A stretch of DNA of 64,000 bases, taken from NCBI GenBank assembly GCA_041176305.1, contig JBEDDG010000004.1, positions 5,452 through 69,451 of the forward strand, in the 5' to 3' direction. This document shows, piece by piece, positions 36,560-46,329 of this stretch. The translations under genes and the position numbers were made by a program. This DNA comes from Bacteroidota bacterium (lineage in GTDB: Bacteria > Bacteroidota > Bacteroidia > Chitinophagales > Chitinophagaceae). Numbering within the stretch: the first letter of the stretch is position 1; the number at the start of each line of letters is the position of its first letter. The notes beneath the pieces were generated by a model. It saw only the letters and a list, made by a program, of their open reading frames with translations, did no database searches and was not told the origin of the DNA.

Positions 36560-38164
36560 TTAACTTAATTGATAGTCTGGCAGGTTCATAATATATTTTA
36601 GTAACATTTTCAATCTGTTATTGACTAAATTGAAATTGATCGTATTTTGAATCGATTGATAACTATTCCATGCGTCTGTCCAATAATAATCCGATGTTTG
36701 ACCACTTAGTAAAATTTGTTTTTTTAAATTATCCTTAATCGTTTGGTCAATTTCTGTTGAAATGAATAGTGCAAATAAATCTTGTATCAATTGATTCGGG
36801 TCAGCTGGTTTATTTGAAATAGTTTTTGCTAAAGCAATCCCATCAATGATGACCCTTCTGCCGTTTCTGGTATACCCGGTATCCACCATGAGGTCGGTGA
36901 ATTTATTGCGTTTAGGTAAGGTGTCAGCATTGATCCATAATTCATAAAACTCTGGAGACTGGTAATAAGCAGGCCAGCCGGCAACATTGGGCGGGTCTGC
37001 AAGATTTTGACCTAAATTCGTTAACTGTCCAACCATATTATTAAAATGCGCATAAGCGTCTACATAATCAGTAGCTGCGTTTGGAAATACCACATTTGCT
37101 TTTCGGAGGGTTCCAATCACATGGTCTATTGGACTTTTAATTTGACAACCAAAATAGATAGGATCATAAAAGTGTTCACTATTTAAAAGGGCATTTAATA
37201 CAGGGGTTATTTCAAAATTATTTTCTTTAAAAATGATGGCGAGCGGTTCAATAATATTTTTCTCTACAGTATCATCGATATAATAATAAACAAACCATCG
37301 ATATAATCTTCTACAGATATATTTTGCGGTATCTGCTTTTTCAAAAAGCATTTGAATCAGTTCATCCGTTTCGGTAGCACCTGCTTGACCAGTTTTTCCT
37401 GAGATGATTTTATTATTATAATAACTAGAAAATTGTTTGTTACCTGTATCATGTCTGGTTGGATCAAAATAGCTAGTATAGCTTGAATTGATACGCCATC
37501 CAGTTAGGACCCTAGCTGCTGCTTTTACGTCAGCTTCTGAAAATTGCACTGTATTGTCTTTTCCAACAGTGAATAATTCTTGTAATTCTCTTCCGTAGTT
37601 TTCATCTGGAGCAGCAGCTGTATTTAAATAGCCGTTTAAATAACGTAACATTCCCGGGTCAATGGTAATGGCTTTAACCATTGTTTTAAAATTGCCAAGT
37701 GCATTTTTTCTTAGGGTATCATGATGTTGGTACACATAATTTGCATTGGAGATGGTATCGGCTTCGGTACCAAAATGATTGGCCCAAAACAAGGTTAGTT
37801 TTTCTCTAATGCTTGGCGCTTGGTGTATCATGATCCCTGCAAGCCATTTTTTAAAACTATTCCTTCTTAAACTATTGATGGTGCCATCACCAGTAGGGTT
37901 ATTCACCCAGGTGGTTCCAACTGGCACAGCAGCATCTGTAACAGTGGCAGAATTATATTCGTTTACAGGCGGTGCCGGCATGGGAGCGTTTGGATTCAAA
38001 AGTTCGGTGACAGATTGACTTAGTCCTTTTGTAAAAAATGCATCAATTTCTGCCTGTTTTGCCCCAAATAAAGTTCTATTTAATAAATGCGAAGCAGTTT
38101 GCTTTGTCCATGGACCTTGATAGGCGGCTAAGCCTAATTTGCTTGAAAGGGGGGTGAGCGGCAT
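36560..38164 (-). CDS. DUF1800 family protein
   Basis: HLLNRTLFG, EKLTLFWANHF, PGMLRYL, DENYGRELQELFT, PPNVAGW. Confidence 0.9.
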   Translation of the reverse strand: MPLTPLSSKLGLAAYQGPWTKQTASHLLNRTLFGAKQAEIDAFFTKGLSQSVTELLNPNAPMPAPPVNEYNSATVTDAAVPVGTTWVNNPTGDGTINSLRRNSFKKWLAGIMIHQAPSIREKLTLFWANHFGTEADTISNANYVYQHHDTLRKNALGNFKTMVKAITIDPGMLRYLNGYLNTAAAPDENYGRELQELFTVGKDNTVQFSEADVKAAARVLTGWRINSSYTSYFDPTRHDTGNKQFSSYYNNKIISGKTGQAGATETDELIQMLFEKADTAKYICRRLYRWFVYYYIDDTVEKNIIEPLAIIFKENNFEITPVLNALLNSEHFYDPIYFGCQIKSPIDHVIGTLRKANVVFPNAATDYVDAYAHFNNMVGQLTNLGQNLADPPNVAGWPAYYQSPEFYELWINADTLPKRNKFTDLMVDTGYTRNGRRVIIDGIALAKTISNKPADPNQLIQDLFALFISTEIDQTIKDNLKKQILLSGQTSDYYWTDAWNSYQSIQNTINFNLVNNRLKMLLKYIMNLPDYQLS

Positions 38165-38184
38165 GCAGTGTATTTACTAGCAAT

Positions 38185-38212
38185 TTAGACAAAAAATAAA
38201 TTTAAAGGTTTA
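38185..38212 (-). promoter_or_regulatory. ECF-type promoter upstream of DUF1800
   Basis: Minus strand TAAACC-TTTAAATTTATTTTTT-GTCTAA (16-nt spacer). Confidence 0.7.
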
Positions 38213-38299
38213 ATCCAAGTTTGATTTTCCGTCCGTCAAGCTTTTTTTCATTTGCATTCAAAATGAAATTATCTTTAAAGCAATTCTAAAATGTAAAAT

Positions 38300-39589
38300 A
38301 TGAGAATAATTAAATTAATATGTATCGCATTGTTAATCCCATGTTTAGGTATTAGTCAATTAATTGATAAAATAATCACCAAGGCTGAGACAGAAAGAAT
38401 AGAAGGCATTTTAGCTTCTGATGCCATGGAAGGACGTAAAACTTTTAGTCCTGGAATTGAGAAAGCAGCAGCTTTTATTGCCAAGGAATTTGAATCAGCA
38501 GGATTAAAGTCGCTACAAGGCGACAATCGTTATTTACAAAGTTTTACTATTAATAGACCTAAATTTATCAGCTTAACCGCAAGTATTGATGGAAACGTGA
38601 TTGATAATAAACAAGTGATTGTTGTGACAGTTCAACCTGAAATTAAAATCAATGAACAAGCTGGCTATGCGATTTCAAAAATTACTGCTACTGAAAATTT
38701 AAATCAAGCAGCAGCTAAATTCATTGGAGCAAATCAAAATGCCATTGTGTTGGTAGACGAAGCACATGCTCAAAATTTTGGAAGACTGGTTCGTTTTAAA
38801 AACAACCTTTCATCCAATCAGTCTACTATTATTTTTATACTGACCAATGCAACACCCACTAGCTATACGATTCAAGCCAGCCATCAAATAGAATCAATGG
38901 CTTTATCAAATGTGGTCGCAATGATTCCAGGAAAAACATTGCCTAATGAGTATGTTATATTTTCGGGTCATTACGATCATTTAGGTATCAATACTAGAAA
39001 CATGATCAACGGAGATTCAATATACAATGGTGCCAATGATGACGCAGCAGGTACGACTGCAATGATCATGTTGTCAAAGTATTATAAAGCTTTAAATAAT
39101 AATGCAAGAACCATTTTATTTGCAGCATTTACAGCAGAAGAAGTGGGTGGTTATGGTGCACAGTATTTTTCAAAGCAATTGGATCCAACTAAAGTAGTTG
39201 CCATGTTTAATATCGAAATGATTGGGACAGAAAGTAAGTGGGGTAGAAACAGCGCCTACATTACTGGATTTGAAAAAACGAATATGGGCACCATTCTACA
39301 AAAAAACTTAGAAGGTTCTAGTTTTAAATTTTATCCTGACCCATATACCGAACAAAATTTATTTTATCGTTCAGACAATGCAACCCTTGCTAGACTTGGC
39401 GTAGCAGCACATACGATCTCTACTTCAAAGATGGATTCGGAACCTAATTATCATAAGGCTTCAGACCATATTGAAACATTGGATATGGACAATATGAAGG
39501 AAATCATTAAAGCCATTGCTATCAGTGCCCAATCAATTGTAGCAGGAAAAGACACCCCAACCAGAGTAGATACAACTCAATTAAAATAG
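38300..39589 (+). CDS. M28 family metallopeptidase
   Basis: GHYDHLG, NGANDDAAG, AEEVG, RSDN, YHKASD. Confidence 0.9.
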   Translation: MRIIKLICIALLIPCLGISQLIDKIITKAETERIEGILASDAMEGRKTFSPGIEKAAAFIAKEFESAGLKSLQGDNRYLQSFTINRPKFISLTASIDGNVIDNKQVIVVTVQPEIKINEQAGYAISKITATENLNQAAAKFIGANQNAIVLVDEAHAQNFGRLVRFKNNLSSNQSTIIFILTNATPTSYTIQASHQIESMALSNVVAMIPGKTLPNEYVIFSGHYDHLGINTRNMINGDSIYNGANDDAAGTTAMIMLSKYYKALNNNARTILFAAFTAEEVGGYGAQYFSKQLDPTKVVAMFNIEMIGTESKWGRNSAYITGFEKTNMGTILQKNLEGSSFKFYPDPYTEQNLFYRSDNATLARLGVAAHTISTSKMDSEPNYHKASDHIETLDMDNMKEIIKAIAISAQSIVAGKDTPTRVDTTQLK

Positions 39590-39604
39590 TTAAATTCAAT
39601 CCGC

Positions 39605-40813
39605 ATGAAAAATCAATTCTTAATCCTGTTGCTAAGTATTTGTTTTACTACAAACGCACAAAATAAAGCCTATTTCCCAGCTGCTGACAATTGGGAAAAA
39701 AAGACACCAACGAGTTTTCGAATTGATACTGTCGTTTTAAATCAAGCCATCAACTATGCAATTGGACACGAAACAAGGTTTCCAAAAAACTTAATGCTTT
39801 CTCAAGCTATGCAATTTGGCAAAGAACCATTTTCGGATCCAATAGGGCCAATGGCGAGTCGCGGCCCGTCATCAGGCGTGATTGTTTACAAAGGGTATAT
39901 CATTGCAGAATGGGGTAATCCCAATGCTGTAGAAATGGTGAATAGTGTTACCAAGAGTATGTTGTCTACAGTCGTAGGTTTAGCAGTAGATAAAGGTTTG
40001 ATTCACTCCATAGAAGATAAAGTGTATCCCTATATGCCTCCTATCGAATTAGCAGAAGTGCAAAATACCACCAATCAAAATCCAATTGCATCAAATGCTT
40101 TCATCTATCCATTTGAAACGGAGCACAATCGAAAAATTAGTTGGGAGCATTTGTTAAGACAAACCAGTGATTGGGAAGGCGTCTTATGGGGCAAGCCAGA
40201 TTGGGCAGATAGACCTTCAGACAAGTCGGATGAGTGGACTACCAGAAAACGTTTTGAGCCAGGCACCGTGTATAAATACAATGATACAAGAGTGAATGCA
40301 TTGGCTTTGGCAGCCACTACTGTATGGAGAGCGCCTTTACCAGAAATTTTAAGAACGCAAGTAATGCAACCAATTGGTGCAAGTAATACTTGGGCTTGGA
40401 CAGGTTATAAAAATGCTTGGATAGTATTGGACGGAAAAATGATTCAATCTGTGAGTGGCGGGGGTCATTTTGGAGGCGGCTTATTTATGAACGCCTATGA
40501 TATGGCTAGATTTGGCCTGTTGACTTTAAGAAAAGGTAATTGGAATGGCCAACAAATCATTTCTGAAACATGGATTAAAAAATCAACTACACCTACCACA
40601 GTTCAAACTGGATATGGCTTCATGAATTATTTTTTAAACACAGATCGTAAAATGTATCCATCCGCTCCAACCACTGCATTTACACACATTGGTAACGGCA
40701 CCAATGCTATTTACGTAGATCCGGAACACGACCTAGTGGCAGTGATCAAGTGGATGGATGACAAATCTATCGATGGCTTCTTAAAATTATTGTTGACTGC
40801 GCTCCCTCAATAG
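39605..40813 (+). CDS. Serine hydrolase, class C beta-lactamase-like
   Basis: NSVTK (SxxK), YKYND, GGGHFGGG, DMARFG; signal peptide. Confidence 0.85.
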   Translation: MKNQFLILLLSICFTTNAQNKAYFPAADNWEKKTPTSFRIDTVVLNQAINYAIGHETRFPKNLMLSQAMQFGKEPFSDPIGPMASRGPSSGVIVYKGYIIAEWGNPNAVEMVNSVTKSMLSTVVGLAVDKGLIHSIEDKVYPYMPPIELAEVQNTTNQNPIASNAFIYPFETEHNRKISWEHLLRQTSDWEGVLWGKPDWADRPSDKSDEWTTRKRFEPGTVYKYNDTRVNALALAATTVWRAPLPEILRTQVMQPIGASNTWAWTGYKNAWIVLDGKMIQSVSGGGHFGGGLFMNAYDMARFGLLTLRKGNWNGQQIISETWIKKSTTPTTVQTGYGFMNYFLNTDRKMYPSAPTTAFTHIGNGTNAIYVDPEHDLVAVIKWMDDKSIDGFLKLLLTALPQ

Positions 40814-41158
40814 TTTGTGGAAGCTGGTATATGAAGTCAATAATAACCCAAAAAATACAATGGCCATCACGGTATTGCTGATAGGGTCTTTCATAGCAAT
40901 ATGCGCCACTGCTGCAGAAATATACATGATGCCAAATCCTACATAAGCCCATTCTTTAAAACGAGCTGGTACTGCAGGTACTATAAGTAATACAAGACCA
41001 AGTAACTGGCCAATACTTATTTCTAGTCCAAGCCAACGTGGAATGCCTAAATGTCTTGTACCTTCTATAGCCATTTCTGAATTCATGAAGATAGCAGTAG
41101 AAGCAAATAGACAGATAATACTTGTTGTTGTCCAATAAATAATTTTAGTTGTTTTCAT
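40787..41158 (-). CDS. DoxX-like family membrane protein
   Basis: KIIYW.TT, HLG.P, KEWAYVG signature. Confidence 0.8.
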   Translation of the reverse strand: MKTTKIIYWTTTSIICLFASTAIFMNSEMAIEGTRHLGIPRWLGLEISIGQLLGLVLLIVPAVPARFKEWAYVGFGIMYISAAVAHIAMKDPISNTVMAIVFFGLLLTSYTSFHKLLRERSQQ

Positions 41159-41215
41159 GTAGTGGAATTTGAAAAAATGGATTTAAATTACAATCAAGTT
41201 ACAAAAAATATAAAT

Positions 41216-41683
41216 ATGCAAAAATCAATCCTCTATATTATTTGCCTTTTATGCAGCATTCAGTTTTCTGCTACTGCGCAATCATCTACTTCAACCACTG
41301 CTAATGATGCCGAAAAAGAAGTCAAACAAGTGATCCAAAACATGTTTCTTGGTATGCAAAAAGCAGATACTACTTTAATTAAATCTTGTTTTTCTGACAA
41401 AGTAATTTTTCAAACTATTGTCAATCAGCCAGAAGGTGCATTGGTTAAAACTCAATCAGTACATGATTTTCTTCAAAGTATTGGCAAACAAGCGCCAAAT
41501 GCATTAGATGAAAGAATTGAGTTTGGTGCTATTCAAATTGATCCATTGATGGCTACTGCATGGACACCTTATTCTTTTTATTATAAAGGCAACTTCTCCC
41601 ACAAAGGAGTGAATAGTTTTCAGTTAGTAAAATTAAAAGAAGGCTGGAAAATTCAATACCTTATTGATACGAGGTATAAATAA
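41216..41683 (+). CDS. Secreted NTF2/SnoaL-like protein
   Basis: Signal peptide from ATG 41216; AWTPYSFYY.G.FSH.GVNSFQL...GWKI..LIDT. Confidence 0.75.
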   Translation: MQKSILYIICLLCSIQFSATAQSSTSTTANDAEKEVKQVIQNMFLGMQKADTTLIKSCFSDKVIFQTIVNQPEGALVKTQSVHDFLQSIGKQAPNALDERIEFGAIQIDPLMATAWTPYSFYYKGNFSHKGVNSFQLVKLKEGWKIQYLIDTRYK

Positions 41684-41686
41684 GTT

Positions 41687-42463
41687 TTATTGTTTGATCT
41701 TTTGCCTTAGGTAATTTTGAAATTCAGCAGGCTGATTGGTGGTGATGAGTGACACACCTTGTTGGATCAACATTTCTAAATCCCCCAATTCATTCACTGT
41801 CCAACTACCAGTTTTTAATTGCGCATTTTTTGCCTCCATTGCCAAATTTGGGTACTTCTTAAAATGACTGTAATGATAATTAATGCCGTCAAATTGATGG
41901 CCTACCACCTGTTGGATCGCTAAATCTGCTTCTAGGTATAAAACTGTTGCGCTAGGCGCCGCTTCTTTTATCCAGTCAAGAATTGCACTACTGAAACTGA
42001 TATAAATAATATGGTCATCTAAGTTCATTTTCTTTGCAAGTGCAATGGTGCGAAGGGTTGCCAATCGATCTTGTTCAGTAGCTGAAATCGCAGCTTTGAT
42101 TTCACAGATGAGCTTTGTATTTTTTCTGCCTTTTTTACCTGCTTTAAAATAGGCTGCTAAGGTTGGTAAGTCCTCACCGTTACTTAATTTGTTTCTATTT
42201 AAATAAGCATAGGTATTGGTTTGAATGGTATCTCCAAAATAGGTTGGGTCATGATTGACTACTAACACACCATCCAAAGTCATCCTTACATCAAATTCAG
42301 CACCATCGCATTTTAATTCAATTGCTTTATTTAGAGAGGCAATTGAATTTTCAGGCAACTTAAATTCTTTCCATGCACCACGATGTGCTATGATTTTTGT
42401 TGTTTGGGCGCTTAAGTCATGCATAAATAAGGTAAAAAAAAGAGTTGTTATTATTTTAAACAT
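41687..42463 (-). CDS. Glycerophosphodiester phosphodiesterase family protein
   Basis: IAHRGA, PENSIA, EFDV...DG.LVVNHD, EIK, WTVN, ITTN. Confidence 0.9.
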   Translation of the reverse strand: MFKIITTLFFTLFMHDLSAQTTKIIAHRGAWKEFKLPENSIASLNKAIELKCDGAEFDVRMTLDGVLVVNHDPTYFGDTIQTNTYAYLNRNKLSNGEDLPTLAAYFKAGKKGRKNTKLICEIKAAISATEQDRLATLRTIALAKKMNLDDHIIYISFSSAILDWIKEAAPSATVLYLEADLAIQQVVGHQFDGINYHYSHFKKYPNLAMEAKNAQLKTGSWTVNELGDLEMLIQQGVSLITTNQPAEFQNYLRQKIKQ

Positions 42464-42611
42464 ACATTCAAATTATCGGATTTAAAGAGTTTCAGATCGA
42501 TGCAATACATAGCTGATTAGGGTTAAAGGCTGTTTGTCAATCTAAAGTTTAAGCATTAAGGTACTAAACAATTATTAATTAAACAGGCCTTGCTTTAAAT
42601 TGTTATTTAGT

Positions 42612-42619
42612 TAACTTTG
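42612..42619 (+). promoter_or_regulatory. Bacteroidota sigma-A -7 element
   Basis: TAACTTTG ending 18 nt before the DUF3050 ATG. Confidence 0.6.
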
Positions 42620-42637
42620 CGTTCTTAAAATTCAAGT

Positions 42638-43396
42638 ATGCAAGCAGCCATTCAGCAATTAAAAAAGGCCATTGAACCTAGTAGGTCCAAGTTATTAGAA
42701 CATCCAGTTTACCATCAAATTCAGACTTTAACGGATTTGCAAAAATTTGCTGGCGTACATGTTTTTGCTGTATGGGATTTCATGAGTTTATTAAAATCAC
42801 TTCAACAAAAGTTAACCTGCGTTCAAACACCATGGGTGCCTATAGGGTCTGCAAATACTAGGTATTTGATCAACGAAATAGTTTTAGGAGAAGAGTCAGA
42901 TGTGGATGCGTTTGACAATCGAATTAGTCATTTTGAATTGTATCAGCAAGCAATGCGCCAAATGGGTGCTTCCACTCAATCGATTGATCAATTGATACTT
43001 GCTTTACAATCGGGCACCAAGATAGAAGTAGCTATTGAGCAATTGGATTGCGCAGCCTCTATCAAAGCTTTTTTATCTTTTACATTTAAGATAGTTAATC
43101 ATGCACCTGCACATGTGCAAGCAGCTGTTTTCACTTTTGGAAGAGAGGATTTAATTCCAGATATGTTTACTCGTTTATTAGAAAAGCTAGTAGCTGAGTC
43201 TCCTGAAAAAGTAGCCATATTTAAATATTATATCGAAAGACATATTGAAGTGGATGGCGGACACCATAGTCATTTAGCCCTTGAAATGGTAACTGAATTA
43301 TGCGGTAACGATGCAACTAAATGGAAGGAAGCAGAAGTTGCTTCTATCGAAGCTTTAGAGATACGTGCAAAACTATGGGACGCTGTGCTAGCCTAA
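42638..43396 (+). CDS. DUF3050 family (heme-oxygenase-like fold) protein
   Basis: HVFAVWDFMSLLK, NEIVLGEESD, SHFELY, FGREDLIP, ERHIEVDGGHH. Confidence 0.85.
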   Translation: MQAAIQQLKKAIEPSRSKLLEHPVYHQIQTLTDLQKFAGVHVFAVWDFMSLLKSLQQKLTCVQTPWVPIGSANTRYLINEIVLGEESDVDAFDNRISHFELYQQAMRQMGASTQSIDQLILALQSGTKIEVAIEQLDCAASIKAFLSFTFKIVNHAPAHVQAAVFTFGREDLIPDMFTRLLEKLVAESPEKVAIFKYYIERHIEVDGGHHSHLALEMVTELCGNDATKWKEAEVASIEALEIRAKLWDAVLA

Positions 43397-43428
43397 ATTA
43401 GCGCGTACTAAACTAATTTCATTGAAAT

Positions 43429-43920
43429 TTAAATTGCTTCGAACTCGCCCTTCTCTGTATTTTTTCTGACCTTATCAGCTTCAAAATACCTTCCATTCAT
43501 GGCAATATAAACGCCAGCAGGAAGTACTTGTGTGAAAGCTAGGGCACTGCCTAGGTTAAATAGTCCATCAGAGCTACCAAATTTATAAGGGATCATTGCA
43601 CCAGTCAATACAATCGTTTTATTTGGACAGTTTTGTTGTAAATACATGGCAGTGATGGTCATGGTATCTGTACCATGCGTAATCAATATCCTTTCTGAAC
43701 TTGTAGCATTGCAAGCAGCAGCAATTAAGGCACGATCTGCATCTACAAAATCCAAACTGTCCTTCATCATCAATGGCTCAATCGCTAAGTTTAAATTACT
43801 TCTGCCTAAGCTTAACATCTCATGTAAATGGGTGTCTTTAAAATAAAGATTTCCATTAAGCTCATTATATTCTTTATCAAATGTGCCGCCTGTTACAAAT
43901 ACCTGTATAGCTTGGTGCAT
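43429..43920 (-). CDS. Short asparaginase-domain protein (N-terminal domain only)
   Basis: TGGTFDK, KDSLD, HGTDTM, LTGAMIP, SDGLFNL. Confidence 0.85.
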   Translation of the reverse strand: MHQAIQVFVTGGTFDKEYNELNGNLYFKDTHLHEMLSLGRSNLNLAIEPLMMKDSLDFVDADRALIAAACNATSSERILITHGTDTMTITAMYLQQNCPNKTIVLTGAMIPYKFGSSDGLFNLGSALAFTQVLPAGVYIAMNGRYFEADKVRKNTEKGEFEAI

Positions 43921-43926
43921 AATTTT

Positions 43927-45330
43927 TTATTTTGGGTCCATCCACATTTCTTTTCTATCCAACCATTTGTTGTCAGAAAAAGCTTCTTTACTTGCCAAAG
44001 TTCGGGTATATTTTTTTGTGGATGCGGTTGAATTTGCTTGATAAGATACGCCACCAATTATACTTAAAGCCTTATTGAAATAAGTTTCGTTTGGATTGCC
44101 CAAAGCCTTGTAGGGTAATACATTATCTGCTAAAGTGTAATTAGGTAAAAAGCCATTCACCGTGCCATAATTGGATTCTCCGATCGCATTATTGGTTAAA
44201 AATGTAATAGGCTGCAAACCATAATCCCAACGTTTATTAGGATCTGTAATGGTAAAAGAGCCGACATTTTTTCCGTAAGTATGTTCGCCGATTAATATAA
44301 CTTCCATAAAAGGTTTTAAATTATTAATCACTAATTCACTTGCAGAAGCAGTATTGCCAGAGGTTAATACAAAAACGCGATTAAGTGTACCAAGGTTATT
44401 AGGTTCGGCTTTAAATAAAGTTTCAAAAGCACTTGCGCCCGAGGTTCTTTCTAGGTAAGCGGTATAAGTGCCATTGTATACTTTTTTATTCATCAACTTA
44501 CCCACTTTGGTACTAGCATCTTTAACGGTCATATTGGTGATTAAATCAGAAGATACCACATAGCCTCCGCCATTGTACCTAAAGTCTAAAACCAATTCAT
44601 TCACGCCTGCTGTTTTAAAACGACCAAAGATGGCTCTTAAGCTATCGTCAAAACTCGTTAAAAACTGACTATAGGCAAGATAACCCACTTTTTTACCAGA
44701 CCATTCGATAACGGTATCCGCTAAGATAGGATTGGTTTGTAATTCCACTTTAGTCACAGTTACAGATTTGCCATTGGATACAAATGCGCCATTGATAAAA
44801 TCTCCTAGCCCAAGTTTTAAAGTTTGATTAGATAGGATGGTCGTATAGTTGGTGTTGGTAATGGTTTGGTCATCTACTTTCATAATGATATCTCCTCTCT
44901 TTAAACCTGCTTTTTCTGCGGGACTACCTTTTAAAACGTAGGCCAAAACAAAAGCGAGTGTGGTCTTGCTATCATCTGTATAAAACGCATTGTTTTTAAC
45001 ACCTAAAACAGTACTTACTCCATTTAACTGATTTTGTAAATTGGTATAACTTTCGTCGATCCAAGAGAATCGATCCGTTTTTCCATAATCATTTAATAAG
45101 GTATAAAAATAATCTGTAGGTTTTGAACTAGTTGAAGAGCTAGCTAAACTAGGCATATTGGTATTCCATAAATAATAATAACTCATCACCTCATGTATCC
45201 AAGTATTGGCGGCAATATTAGGATTGGTTGGTGTAGTTGGCGTAGTAGCTTTAGGAGCAGGTTCGGCGGTTTCTTTTTTACAAGCAGTCACTAACAATGT
45301 TAAAAATAAAAATGGAAGAAGCTTTTTCAT
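43927..45330 (-). CDS. S41 family peptidase lipoprotein with PDZ domain
   Basis: Lipobox VTAC after ATG 45330; GSPAEKAGLKRGD; LDFRYNGGG; TASASE; TYGK. Confidence 0.9.
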   Translation of the reverse strand: MKKLLPFLFLTLLVTACKKETAEPAPKATTPTTPTNPNIAANTWIHEVMSYYYLWNTNMPSLASSSTSSKPTDYFYTLLNDYGKTDRFSWIDESYTNLQNQLNGVSTVLGVKNNAFYTDDSKTTLAFVLAYVLKGSPAEKAGLKRGDIIMKVDDQTITNTNYTTILSNQTLKLGLGDFINGAFVSNGKSVTVTKVELQTNPILADTVIEWSGKKVGYLAYSQFLTSFDDSLRAIFGRFKTAGVNELVLDFRYNGGGYVVSSDLITNMTVKDASTKVGKLMNKKVYNGTYTAYLERTSGASAFETLFKAEPNNLGTLNRVFVLTSGNTASASELVINNLKPFMEVILIGEHTYGKNVGSFTITDPNKRWDYGLQPITFLTNNAIGESNYGTVNGFLPNYTLADNVLPYKALGNPNETYFNKALSIIGGVSYQANSTASTKKYTRTLASKEAFSDNKWLDRKEMWMDPK

Positions 45331-45399
45331 AATGTTTAAATGATTCATCGTAAATTTAATCAATCTCTTGTAAATCACATAAAAATACACCACCAAAAC

Positions 45400-46305
45400 A
45401 TGCTTAATAGAATCCTTTCTCTTTTATTGTCCTTCATGACACTATTTGTAATTAAAAGTAATGGACAAGCTTCTTCTTACCTTGCCGAAGTGGATCAATG
45501 GCATGCAACAAGAATCGAGGCCTTAAAAATGCCCAATGGATGGTTGAATTTAGAAGGATTATTTTGGCTGAAAGAGGGTGTGAATCAATTTGGAGCTGAT
45601 TCAAAAAATGACTTAGTGTATTCCAATCCTGCCTTCCCCAAACATCTAGGAGATTTTATATTAAAAGAAGGTAAAGTGTTTTGGAAAAACGCAGTAGGGC
45701 AAAGCATAACGGTGAAAACCGCTGCTGGCGCCGTAGTTCAAGATTTTACCAATGTAAATTTATTATCAAAAACAGATGGTGAATATACAAACCACTGGAA
45801 AAATTTTACTTGGATCGTACTACAAAGAGAAGATAAAATTGGTATTCGTTTTAGAAACTTGAAAGCAAAAACATTACTAGAGTTCAAAGGCATCGATAGA
45901 TTTCCTGTGGAAGCAAAATGGCGTATAAAGGCCAAAGTGATTCCACAAGATCAAAACCCATTGATGATCATGAATGTATTAGGACAAAATACAGCACAAA
46001 AACATGGAGGAAAATTGGTATTTGAAATTGAAGGTAAGACCTATCAATTAGATGCTATTGACGAAGGAGGCACCAGGTTATTTGTAACCTTTGCAGATGC
46101 TACCTCTGGTATTTCGACTTATGGTGCTGGAAGATTTATAGAATTAGAAAGACCTGATGCAAATGGCTATACCTATATTGATTTCAACAAAGCCTATAAT
46201 CCACCTTGTGCCTTTACGGAATTTGCAACCTGTCCATTACCTCCACCTCAAAATAGGATGACGATTGCCATACCAGCAGGTGAAAAAAAATATGGACATC
46301 ACTAA
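45400..46305 (+). CDS. DUF1684 family protein
   Basis: GWLNLEGLFWL, F.DATSG..TYGAGRF, DFNKAYNPPCAF..FATCPLPP..N. Confidence 0.85.
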   Translation: MLNRILSLLLSFMTLFVIKSNGQASSYLAEVDQWHATRIEALKMPNGWLNLEGLFWLKEGVNQFGADSKNDLVYSNPAFPKHLGDFILKEGKVFWKNAVGQSITVKTAAGAVVQDFTNVNLLSKTDGEYTNHWKNFTWIVLQREDKIGIRFRNLKAKTLLEFKGIDRFPVEAKWRIKAKVIPQDQNPLMIMNVLGQNTAQKHGGKLVFEIEGKTYQLDAIDEGGTRLFVTFADATSGISTYGAGRFIELERPDANGYTYIDFNKAYNPPCAFTEFATCPLPPPQNRMTIAIPAGEKKYGHH

Positions 46306-46329
46306 GGTCTCCATTAACTTTGACGCCTC

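Noticed and set aside
30926-40813. Beta-lactam resistance genes
   Set aside because: SxxK/YxN proteins here look like generic S12-family serine hydrolases, and the MBL-fold proteins carry persulfide dioxygenase motifs; resistance cannot be supported
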